This document shows, piece by piece, positions 51,005 to 62,436 of a stretch of 64,000 nt of DNA (the first letter of the stretch is position 1; each line of letters begins with the position of its first letter). This DNA comes from Eledone cirrhosa (Eukaryota), in the NCBI GenBank assembly GCA_964016885.1, contig OZ024743.1, positions 94,922,001-94,986,000 of the forward strand. The letters are read 5' to 3'. The position numbers and the translations under genes were made by a program. The notes beneath the pieces were generated by a model. It had not been told where the DNA came from. It did no database searches and saw only the letters and a list, made by a program, of their open reading frames with translations.

Positions 51005-52160
51005 ACTAAGGTCCTTATAAGTAGACGAGAAAACAGAACCCAGATCCCCTCAGGGAAATGGCCTTGCTCAGTATGTAGGAAAGGTGTAGGTAGGAACTCC
51101 ATTCTTTGCCCCAAATGCAAACAATGGGTACACAAGAGATGTAGCGGGATCTCAGGAAGCTTAATTAAGAATGTAGGATTCACATGCAGCAGCTGTGCTG
51201 AAACAGCAAGCAAACAGCCACAGGAAACAAGTACCACCAATCTCTGGGAGGGCCCTGTAGAAACAGTAGACAGCTTCTGCTACCTAGGTGACCGAATTAG
51301 CAACGGAGGTGGGTGCTCAGAAAGTACAATAACTAGGGTAAGAACGGGATGGAAGAAGTTTAGGGAACTACTACCACTGCTAGCTGCAAAAGGCTTCTCC
51401 CTCAGAATGAAAGGCAGACTGTATGATGCGTGTATCCGAACAGCGATGTTGCATGGTAGTGAGACCTGGGCGCTGAAGGTGGAAGACTTACGTAGATTAG
51501 AGAGAAACGAAGCCTGCATGCTCCGATGGATGTGTAACAGTAATATACGTGAACGACAAAGCATAAATGAATTGAGAGAGAGACTGAGCATAAGAGGAAT
51601 CAAATGCTGCGTGCAGGAGAGGCGGTTACGCTGGTATGGACATGTGATGCGTATGAAGGATGACAGCTGCATAAAAAGGTGCAGAGCACTAGAAGTTGAT
51701 GGAAACCGCGGAGTGGGGAGACCCAAGATGACTTGGGATGAGGTGATAAAAGCCGACCTTACCCAACTACACCTCTCAAAGTCAATGACACACGACCGTG
51801 ACTTCTGGCGTCACGCAGTAATACAGGGTACCCGACCTCCCATGGGTACATGCTGAAGCATATAAACAATATGTCCCCCCCCCCCCCCCACCGCAAGGTG
51901 GTCGTGGAGGTGCCACGGCAAAAAAGCACCCAGCCCACACTGTAAAGTGGACGTGTAGGCGCCACGAAAAAGCACCCAGCACTCACTGTAAATGAGGTTG
52001 GTGTTAGGAAGGGCATCCAGCTGTAGAAATCAAGCCAGATCAGTTCCTGTATGAGCAAGGCATGGTCAGCCGACCAGACACTGCCCACAACAGGACAACC
52101 CGTCTAACCCATGCTAGCGTGGAAGAACGGACGTAAAACGGTGATGATGATGATGATGAT
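51005..52160 (+). mobile_element. RTE-clade LINE, 5'-truncated, copy 1
   Basis: KTKVL...WPCSVCRKGVGRNSILCPKCKQWVHKRCSG (Cys-rich insert), FCYLGD, KGRLYDACIRTAMLHGSETW, RRLRWYGHVMRM, RGVGRPKMTWDEV, then a (GAT)n tail. Confidence 0.92.
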
Positions 52161-54400
52161 CCCTTGAATTGCAAGAATGTTTTGCAAATTTTGAAGGTGC
52201 CAGCTATCGCAGCTATTTGTAGACTATGAATTAGGGAGCTGCGCTTTTTGTCCGCAAATCCAAGTTCAGTCATACTTTGGTCCAAGCGGGTTGGTATATA
52301 ACCCGTAGCTCCAATAATGATGGGTATGAAGCTAAAGGTGTATCTTGGATACTGGATTTGTAAACTCCTCATCAATGGTCGGTAGATGTCCTCCTTCTCC
52401 TGTATTTTTCTGACAACGTTTACATCAAGTGGGCAGCTGATCTCCACAACAGAACACGTTTTCAATGTGTGGTCCCAAACAACAATATCAGGCTAGTTGT
52501 GCTTTAATTTGGTGGCAGTTTTATTTTCAGGTTCCACCAGTACTCCTTAGTGCCATCTGTCTCGATATATTCTTCCTCGGTTGTTAATTTTGTTCTCCGA
52601 AGGGCGTTCCAGATGGTTCTAGCTATCCCATCGTGTCTCATGGGGAGGTAGTAGCGAGATGACATTATTTCGCAGCTGGCAACAATGTGGCTTACATCAT
52701 CGATCTTTGTTTTACATAACCTACGTTTATTGTCAGCTGTTGGCCCTCCTCTTTTGTGCAGCAGATATTTGGTAGGGAGTTTTTGTTCCTGTATTGCATA
52801 GAGATATCCCTCAAGGTGTGATGTCATAAACTTGTCGGAAACCCATGCCAGGCTTTTTGAGTGGTTTATCCCCTCTATGGTCTGTGTTTTATGCCTCAAG
52901 TATCCATGCACAACTTTTTCTGTAAATTGGTCAATTTTCTTATCTTGTTTGAACATTGAATAGGATCTTCCGATTTCTCTGGGTGAGAGATTGATATCAG
53001 GCTTTATTCCATATCTCTCCTCCAGATCAGTCGCTATTCTAATGATATTTCTTTTTTCATGCTCATAAACCTGGGCAAGATGGTTGCCAACCTTTTTCCT
53101 CTGTTGAAGGTGTTGCTTCAGTGTTACTATCCGGGTCTCATATGTTGTTAATATTGATTTTAGACCCCGGCCACCTTCCTTGCATGAGAAGTATAGCCTA
53201 TCCACATCACCATTGATGTTAAAGTTGCCAGTAACACTGAGAAGTTTGCGAGTTCTAACATCCATCTCACTTAGTTCTTGCAATGACCAGTTCAGTAGGC
53301 CAAATGTTGGCGTTAGAATTGGCACAGCATAAGTATTGTGGGCAATGTATTTGTTGTATGCTGACAGTTCTGATGACCATATTTTCTTTACTCTTCTGAG
53401 GTATTCAGTTCTGGTTCTCTCCTTATTTATGGGTCCATCATATCTGACATTTTCATCCTGTCCAAGATATCTGTAGTTGTCACCTGACTGCAGAGGTTGT
53501 ATTGTCAGGCCGTTCATCTCTAGATTTCTAGAGGAGGGCACAGCTCTTCCACGTTTTACTGCAAAATATGCACACTTGGACTCACCAAATTTCATTTTGA
53601 TGTCGGTTGAAAATTGTGTAATGAGGTCCAATTGTTTCTTGATGTCATTGATATTTGGCCCATACAACTTCAGGTCATCAACAAAGAAAAGATGGGAGAT
53701 ACTTCTGGGCCCACTTCTTTGTCCACCTTGTTTCCTGAGTAGGTAAGATAGTGGATTCAGTGAGAGAACGAAGAGTAGCACTGACAAGCTATCACCCTGA
53801 AAGATGCCCTTCTGGTAATGTATCTTATCAGTCTTAACCTGCTCCTTCTCACCTCTAAGGATAAAATTGGTGTACCAGTTCTTGGTCAGGCGTTCAACAG
53901 CAGCTGCCAATGGTTGTGGGACTTTAGCTAACTGTAAAGCCTTAATAATCCACCCATGAGGTACACTATCAAATGCTTTTTGATAGTCCAGCCACACAAC
54001 AGTCATGTTTCTGCGATTCTTTGTTGTTTTTTCCTGAATCATTTTGTTAGTTAGTAGGTGATCTATGCAACCCCACACCTCCCTCTTTCCACCAGCTTGC
54101 TCAGGTGTTATGATGTTGGTAGCACAGTGATCCTGTAAGAACAGGTTAAGGCACCCAGTATATAATTTAGACATGATGTTTTGGCAGGCAATTGGGCGGT
54201 AATTTTTAGCAAGGGCGGTTTGGCTATTTTGGGGAATGAGGAGAGTAGTGGCAGTTGATAACCATCTGGGCAGTTCTTGTGTGCCCTCAATGGTTTCTGT
54301 AAACAGCCGTATGAGATCTTGCCCATAGAAAGTGAAATTCTTCAACCAGTAACCTGTAATGAGGTCTGGGCCTGGTGATTTCCTATTCGACATTTTCTGT
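52161..54400 (-). mobile_element. Second, divergent R4/Dong-like non-LTR retrotransposon (element B), truncated and rearranged
   Basis: 629-aa ORF 52504-54393 (KSPGPD, NYRPIAC, WLDYQKAFDSVPH, GIFQGDSLS, FFVDDLKLY, GGRGL, RHD) plus frameshifted RLE tail VVEISCP...KICKTF. The 3' UTR is lost at the RTE tail. Confidence 0.92.
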
Positions 54401-54770
54401 AGAGCAGGTTAAGACTGATAAGATACATTACCAGAAGGGCATCTTTCAGGGTGATAGCTTGTCAGTGCTTCTCTTTGGTAAATATCATCTTGGTTAAGAG
54501 AGTGGGACTGGCTTTGTGCAGTGCCTTTGCTCACTATAAAAGCTTCATGGCACAGGCATTGCTTTATATCTGGAGATCTCACTGCACTTGTCGTCACATG
54601 GTACCATGGGCCCAGCACTGTGTCAATAATTGTCACAAGTGAAGTGTTTGTACCAGAGTTTTCAAGTCGCTGGCTGAACCATAAAGTCACACTCGTTCAG
54701 CGCATCGGTAGGGGTTCTCCTACATGGATATAAAGTAGTGGCCGTACTCGAAAACGAGTTGGCAGCCACC

Positions 54771-54817
54771 ATGTATGTATGTATGTATGTATGTATGTAT
54801 GTATCTATGCATATATG

Positions 54818-54850
<33 letters not shown>

Positions 54851-55128
54851 GTATATGTATGTATGTATGTATGTATATGTATGCATATATGTATATATGT
54901 ATATAATGTATATATATGTATATATATATATATAAATATTTGTGTGTGTATGCATATATATATACACAAACACACACACACACATAGGTTTATGTATACA
55001 TGTGTGTATTGTATGTATATATATACATACATACACACATAGGTTTATGTATACATGTGTATGTATGTATGTATATATATACATACACACACACATATGT
55101 TTATGTATACATGTGTGTGTATGTGTAT
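54771..55128. repeat. Compound (TATG)n/(TA)n/(CA)n microsatellite
   Basis: Direct observation. Confidence 0.93.
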
Positions 55129-55960
55129 TAGAGGGAGAATCCATAAAATGGTGGATGGACATAGATACATGATAAACTTCATGCTTCACTTCAAGCATCA
55201 AAGCACAATCTATTATCCACATTAGATTAGATTCTTGAAAATCACCATTGAATTGAAACAAATTAAACCTAGGGCTTCTCTGCGAATACTTATAAAGGAT
55301 ACATACTACGGTAATATTATTGTGCAGAAACACGACTTTACGTATATACAAATGCGATATCATTAGCATATACGTAAATACAACATAATTAAAACTTACG
55401 AAAGCCATTATAAAATGTAAAGCAAGTTGGGGCTGGAGACATCAAAATCTGCTGAAATGTGATGATATGGCTGTGTATATGATTAAGGCAATACTAGTCT
55501 GTGTTTTGGAGAAATTATGTCTTGATCAATGTGATTATTTCACAGAATTCAACAAAAATATGTGATCAATGATTTCTTTTTGTTCATTTCATTTTCTGTT
55601 CTCACTGCAACCATTTTTTATCATCTATCATCAATATTTACATTGTCTTTGTCTCAAATAAACTACTTTATTCTTCTTCTGTGATGATATAAATAAATTG
55701 AAATTTCCTCATCCCCTAGGGACATCGGGTTGTGAGCTATTCTTGTTTACTAGAGTGACTATTTTCCTTAGTTTATTTAGCAGCTTTTGTTTTTACAGGG
55801 ATGGGTTGTTGGATGAAAGACCCCAAATTAAAGATTGCCATTTAACCGATAATTAAGAACTGGTTACTGGGATATCAGACCATGTTAACATACCAGTGGC
55901 TCATACCACAGTTACAGGGCTATATCTCACCTGGAGGTTTCTTTTGAGGTTAGCCTACAC

Positions 55961-56185
55961 TTAACTCTTTAGCATTTAAACTGGCCATATCTGGCCAGAA
56001 TTTGTTCACCTCTTTCTGACCAAACCAGTTGTAACTTGCCACTCATACTGACATTAACATATTGTTCGGAAAATAAATATGAAAATCTCATAGATTCGAT
56101 ATTATATGAATAATTGTGTGAGATATAGCCTTTTCTGTGAAAATACAATAGTAAATATAGAGCAATATAAATGGTAAAGGGTTAA
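55961..56185 (-). mobile_element. TTAA-flanked MITE, unexpanded relative of 42972-43489
   Basis: ttaactcttttagcatttaaactggccatatctggccagaatt...aaatggtaaagggttaa is the reverse complement of both ends of the 43-kb element. Confidence 0.7.
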
Positions 56186-56394
56186 TGTTTAGTTAACAAA
56201 CATTACTTCACAAGACAAAAGAGGACTAATTTTAGGGCACTGGATGCTTGTCTTCATCTGTGCTCTGTCAGCATGATAGCTCACACCATCTGCTCTAATA
56301 GCACCCCAATGTCAGTTGACTTGGGGAAGTGTACCTTGAATACACACCATACCTTGTGAAATGAGATAAATAATGCTTCCTTAATGAAAGTGAA

Positions 56395-56610
56395 TCATCA
56401 TCATCATCATTTTACGCCCGCTTTTCTCTGCTTGCAAGGGTGGGACGGGAACTGATTCTGGCTTGATTTCTACGGATGGATGCCCTTCCTAACACCAACC
56501 TCATTTACAGTGAGTGTTGGGTGCTTTTTGCTGTGGCACCTACACGACCACTTTACAGTGTGGTCTGGGTGCTTTTTTGCCGTGGCACCTCCACGACCAC
56601 TTTGCAGTGG
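56395..56610 (-). mobile_element. RTE 3' UTR fragment
   Basis: Reverse complement of ~51890-52160, with a (CAT)n tail. It is followed by a different SINE-like head fragment at ~56640-56780. Confidence 0.8.
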
Positions 56611-57002
56611 AATGATAGGGACCCCAGTCCTATCATCTCATTTCTACAGCTGAGTAAACTGGAGCAATGTGAAATAAAGTGTCTTGCTCAAGGAAACAAC
56701 ACATCACCTGGTTTGAGAATTGAACTGAACACCATCTTTCGATTGCAAGCCCAATGCTCTAACCACTAAGCCATGCACCTTCATGAATGGCTTTGTGAAT
56801 TGCTTAGCCATATTATCTTCACCTTCATTCATCTTATTTCTAAATATAAGAATGGCTTTAATATATGTCTGTCATGGAAATATAATAACCTAATTTTTAG
56901 CCAATTTATAATTATTTTCTTATATATTAAAGAGAGGGTAAATTAGTGTTTAATACTTCATCCTGATGGATATACCAGGTAATGCAGTTCCTATTACTTA
57001 AA

Positions 57003-57235
57003 TACCATGGATACACTAAGGAACTTTTAATATTTAAATACCATGGATACACTAAGGAACTTTTAATATTTAATTACCATGGATACACTAAGGAACTTTT
57101 AATATTTAATTACCATGGATACACTAAGGAACTTTTAATATTTAATTAACATGGATACACTAAGGAAATTTTAATATTTAATTACCATGGATACATTAAG
57201 GAACTTTTAATATTTAAATACAATAGATATACTAG
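57003..57235. repeat. 36-bp minisatellite, ~6.5 copies
   Basis: taccatggatacactaaggaacttttaatatttaa(a/t) at 57003, 57039, 57075 and onward. Confidence 0.95.
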
Positions 57236-58797
57236 ATAAAGAAATTCACCAGATACACTTGTATAAAAAAAGATTCAATATATTTTTACAAATGGATTTC
57301 GGCATTTCTAATTATTCTGCAATAAAGAAATTAAAATGTAATATAGTTGCTAAATGGCTGGAAACCATAAACTCATCTCCAATATGCTGCTGCTTCAAAC
57401 TTTTAAAATTTAAACTTGCTTGTAGTATCTATGTTTCAAGTAAATAAGTTTTGAATTGAAAGCCTGCAAGATCAAAACCTTTTTTTGGAAGACAGCAAAT
57501 AATGGTATAATAAAATAGACTATAGTTCTAAAGTCGTTAGCATAAATATTTTGAACACATATTTGGAGTTATATTTAAGATTTGAGAATGCCAAAGGTGC
57601 GTTACACAATTTTACTTTTCGCTGACAAATTAGAATTGCAATATTATAAAATTAATAACAATAATATTAGGTACACAATATTTCACAAATTATTTAAATT
57701 AATACATGATTTAAAGGTTGAAGATAATTTACTGTCAATGGTATGAAGACCATTATTAAATATATAGTAAAGTAATTCATAATTTTCGTAGTGATAATAA
57801 ATTATATATTCTGCCATTTGTAACATAATTCTCAGAGAGAGTCAGCATAAGTAGTGTGAGACAAGGCTAACCCTTTGAATTGCAAGTGTAGTCCACCTGA
57901 CAGGCTTCCAAAAGGTTTCCATCAAACTAATCTCACTCGTGTCATTTCACTTGACTGTTATTTCAATTGTAGATGACACTCAAAATGTCATGTAGTGGGA
58001 TCAAACCTGGAAACTAATGATTGCAAAGCCAATTTTAAATCTGTCTATGAAAATCTGGTTATATAAGGAATATGTGTAAAGAAGAGAAATGTTCATCTGC
58101 ACTAACTTATATACCGTATATACTCGAATGTAAACTGATGAATATGTCACCAAAAAATGGTAATATATACTATATCATTCATTCTTACTGGATTGATAAA
58201 ATGAAGTACCAGTAATACACTAGGATAATTGCTGGCCTTGTGCCAAAAGTATAAACAATTATTATATTATCACTACTGCCACTACTACTACCATGGTCAC
58301 TGGAGCCAACTGCCATTCCCAACTAACTAAGGTATCATCGGTCATTGTTGCTACTGGAAACAATTCCATCTGAAACAACAACATATCTAGGTCAATCCCT
58401 GACTGACTTGATTCCTGAACAAGTGAAAGGTAAATCTCAGAAAATGGTGCCACTAAGGAATTCAAATGACTTGATGATGTTGTGGTGAATCTAACTCTGA
58501 CCAATAGATAGTGGGCCTTGTATACCCCTTTTGCTGATGTTGTGAGGCTGCTTATTCTAAGTCATATGTCACAAGGGCAACACAAAATATCAGTCAGGGT
58601 CATATCAATGAATCAAAACAACAGAAGTAAGGTTTTTTTCTTCTTTATGTTTTTATCTTTTTTTCTGATCAACTTCTAGCTGTCTTTTGAGGTCATAACT
58701 GTTGCATAATAGCTATCACTGAAATGTATATGACCAATTATAAATAAACAAAGTGAATTATATATAACCTGTTCACTTGTACTTCACGATTATGTAT

Positions 58798-58843
<46 letters not shown>

Positions 58844-59174
58844 GTTTGTATATGCAATAATAAAGCCAAAACAATGCAGGTATGGACATAGAATAAAGAA
58901 TGCAAATGCAAAAGATATTGTTGACAATTAGTCTTTTACCTTAGATTTATTTAAATGTCCTTAATTTTCGAGATAATATCTCTTCTTCGGAGGGAAGTAA
59001 AGCAGTTAAACCAGTGTTCTAAATAGCTTGCCAAGTCAGGTAAATCATATATATATATATATATAAATAAAAAAATGAGGCTGTTTGCATAATTGCAAAC
59101 AAATCGAATATTATTATTTCTGGCTTTGTCCCAATAGTAGAAACAATTATTAATATTCGAAAAACTCAGATTAC

Positions 59175-59212
<38 letters not shown>

Positions 59213-59213
<1 letters not shown>

Positions 59214-60362
59214 CTAAGGTCCTTGTAAGTAGACTAGAAAACAGAACCCAGATTCCCTCAGAGAAATGGCCTTGCTCAGTATGTAGGAAAAGTGTAGGTA
59301 GGAACTCCATTCTCTGCTACAAATGCAAACAATGGGTACACAAGAGATGTAGCGGGATCTCAGGAAGCTTAATTAAAAATGTAGGCTTCACATGTAGCAG
59401 CTGTGCTGGGACAGCAAGCAGCAAACAGCCACAGGAAACATGTACCACCAATCTCTGGGAGGGCTCTGTAAACACAGTAGACACCTTCTGCTACCTAGGT
59501 GACCGAATTAGCAGCGGAGGTGGGTGTTCAGAAAGTACAATAACTAGGGTAAGAACGGGATGGAAGAAGTTCAGGGAGCTACTGCCATTGCTAGCTGCAA
59601 AAGGCTTTTCCCTCAAAATGAAAGGCAGACTGTATGATGCGTGTATACGAACAGCAATGTTACATGGTAGTGAGACCTGGGCGCTGAAGGTGAAAGACTT
59701 ACGTAGATTAGAGAGAAACGAAGCCTGCATGCTCCGATGGATGTGTAATAGTAATATACGCGAACAGCAAAGCATAAATGAATTGAGAGAGACTGAGCAT
59801 AAGAGGAATCAAATGGTGTGTGCAGGAGAGGCAGTTGCGTTGGTATGGACATGTGATGGGTATGACGGATGACAGCTGCATAAAAAGGTGCAGAACACTA
59901 GAAGTCATTGGAAATCGCGGAGTGGGGAGACCCAAGAAGACCTGGGATGAGGTGATAAAAGCCGACCTTACCCAATTACACCTCTCAAAAGCGATGACAC
60001 ACGACCGTGACCTCTGGCGTCACGCAGTAATACAGATTACCCGACCACCCATGGGTACAAGCTGAAGCATATAGACAATGTGCCCCACACCCTCCCACTG
60101 CAAAGTGGTCGTGGAGGTGCCACGCCAAAAAGCACCCAGCCCACACTGTAAAGTGGACGTGTAGGCGCCACGGAAAAAAAACACCCAGCACTCACTGTAA
60201 ATGAGGCTGGTGTTAGGAAGGGCATCCAGCTGTAGAAATCTAGCCAAAATCAGTTCCTGTATGTTCAAGGCATGGTCAGCCGACCAGACACTGCCCACAA
60301 CAGGACAACCCGTCTAACCCATGCTAGCATGGAAGAACGGACGTAAAACGGTGCTGATGATA
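59213..60362 (+). mobile_element. RTE-clade LINE, 5'-truncated, copy 2
   Basis: Highly similar to 51005-52160 along its whole length, with one frameshift in the (GA)n near 59790. It starts right after a (TA)n run. Confidence 0.92.
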
Positions 60363-60364
60363 GT

Positions 60365-62408
60365 GCAAATTTATACGGGAACAAAACAGAGTCAGTCAAA
60401 TAAAGGTTTATTAGGTTCACGCTTTTGAGAGAGTGTGTGTGTGTGTGTGGGGGGGGGGGGGTAGTTTCCGGCATAAGCCCTTCTTCAGGAGTACATAGGT
60501 TAGGAAAAGAGTTCAGAGGGTGTGTGGAAATACATTTAGAAAAAAGGGGGAAGGAGAACAAATAAAAATAAAAATAAACGTAAAAATAAACATAAGAATA
60601 AATAAGATGAACAAGTGGTGGAAGGGTGTGAGGCGTGTAAGGGTGGTGGCGGGTGGAGTTGGGAGAGGGAGGAGGGGGGGGGGGGGTCGAAGCGAGGACG
60701 GCTGAAGGTGATGTATGTGTGTAGGTGTACGTGAGTGTGTGTGCGTGTGTATGTGAGAGTTTGAGGAAGAACGAGGTTCCATGTTCAGGAAAAGGTGTGT
60801 GCGTGGGGTGGGGTGTAAGTCGGAAGGATGACAGTGAAGGGATGACAGGTGGAGTGAGGTGAGGACTGTGTGTGCGGAGGTGCGGTGGACAGGGGAGAGG
60901 ATGGGTAGGTGTGAAGGGTGGAGGGGGAAGGTGGTGAAGAGGGGCGATGGGGTGTATATTAGTAGAGGTGTTAGTGGGATGTGTGTGCGTGAAGAGGTGT
61001 GAGTGGAGCGGGGAGAGAGGGAGAGAAGAGGTGTTGGGGACGGAGGAGGGAGTGTAGTGTACTGGTGTGTGTGTGCGTGTTTGGATGAGTGTGTGCGTGT
61101 TTGGATGAGTGTGTGTGTGGGAAAGGGGGTGTTAGTGGGTGGTGTTAGTGTGTTGTATGTTAGTTGTGGGATGGGCCAAGGGGTGAGGGGTGAAAGGGGA
61201 AGTGTGTTAGAGGTGTTAGTGGGGAAAGGGTGGGGGAAGGGTGGGTGGTCGGGTGGGCGGTCGAAGGCTAAAGGAATAGGAGTGGGGAGTTCAGGCCGGG
61301 GGGTGTGTGGGTCTGGAGGGTGAAGATGGTGCGTTGTTCGATCGTGAGGCGGGTGGAGGGTGTTCCACAGACTGTGAGGTGGTGGGCGGAATGTCCAGGG
61401 GAGCGAAAGTGGCGGCCATCGGGGAACTCCCGCCGAGGCGAATATCCCGGAGGTGTTCCGTGAAACGGTCCGCCAGGCGACGTCAGGTCTGTCCGACGTA
61501 GACTAGGTTGGAGGAGGTGCAGCGGAAGGAGTGCCGGACAGAGAGAGAGTGGCCGTTGGGACCATGGAAGGTAGTGGTATTGGTGATGTGGGGGCAGGTG
61601 TTGCAACGGGGCCTGGAGCAGGGAAGTGAATCCGGGGGGGGGGGGAGCGTGGATTGGGGGGTAGGGAGTTGTGGACGAGGAGGGTGCGGAGATTGCGTGC
61701 GCGTTTGAAGGAGGGGAGGGGTGGGGAATGGAAGATGGGGGAAGTGGAGGGGTCGGACTGGAGGGGTCGGAAGAGGCGGAGGATGGTGCGGTGGAGGGGT
61801 AGAGTGGAGGGGGTTAGGTGATGGGGAAGGGGAGACGGTGGGTCGGTGTGTGGTGGCATGGGGTGAAGGCGGTGGAGCGGTGGACAGCACGGGCGCGAGT
61901 GAGGGCGCTGTGGACGAGGGAGGGGGGTGGTGGTGGAGGTAACCTCGCCGGATGAAATGGCTTGGGACTCAAAGTCAGCATCTCGGCTACAGAGGCGGCG
62001 GATCCTGAGGAGTTGGGAGTAGGGAATAGAGTGTTTAGTGTGTGTAGGGTGGGAGGAGGTGAAGTCGAGGTAGGAGTGGGAGTCTGTGGGTTTGAAGAAG
62101 GCGGAGGTGACGAGAGAGTGGTGGGAGGGGTCGATGGCGACGGAGATGTCTAAGAAGTGGACGTGGGTGGTGGAGATAGAGGTGGTGAAGTGGAGGGAGG
62201 GGTGGAAGGAGCAGAAGAAGGAGAGAAAGGAGTTGAGCTGTTCTCGCGTGAGGGTCGTGGCTCTGATACAGTAGTCGATGTAACGACCGTACAGTTCGGG
62301 CGTGGGGCCGGTGTACTAGGCAAAGATTTGGGCCTCAACATGGCCAACGAAAAGGTTGGCATAGTTTGGGCTCATTCTTGTGCCCATGGCTACCCCCGTA
62401 ACCTGTTA
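60365..62408 (-). mobile_element. Penelope-like element 1 (GC-rich; partial RT + GIY-YIG endonuclease, decayed)
   Basis: Minus strand gives QVTGVAMGTRMSPNYANLFVG...RYIDYC (degenerate YIDD)...HFLDI, then PCSRPRCNTCPHI...FRCTSSNLV/YVGQT*RRLADRFTEHLRDIR...HF...EQRTIFTLQTHTPPGLN. A low-complexity 3' region carries a hammerhead-like motif. Confidence 0.88.
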
Positions 62409-62436
62409 GTAAAACTGTTACCCCCGTAACCTGTTA

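Noticed and set aside
54662-55408. 248-aa ORF and overlapping ORFs
   Set aside because: Derived from the compound microsatellite.
58290-58620. Possible DRC2 exon 4 or other coding remnant
   Set aside because: No frame matches the expected DRC2 continuation and stops are present; could not be assigned.
60513-62429. Gly/Val-rich plus-strand ORFs and Pro-rich ORFs
   Set aside because: Antisense or out-of-frame readings of PLE 1 and its low-complexity 3' region.
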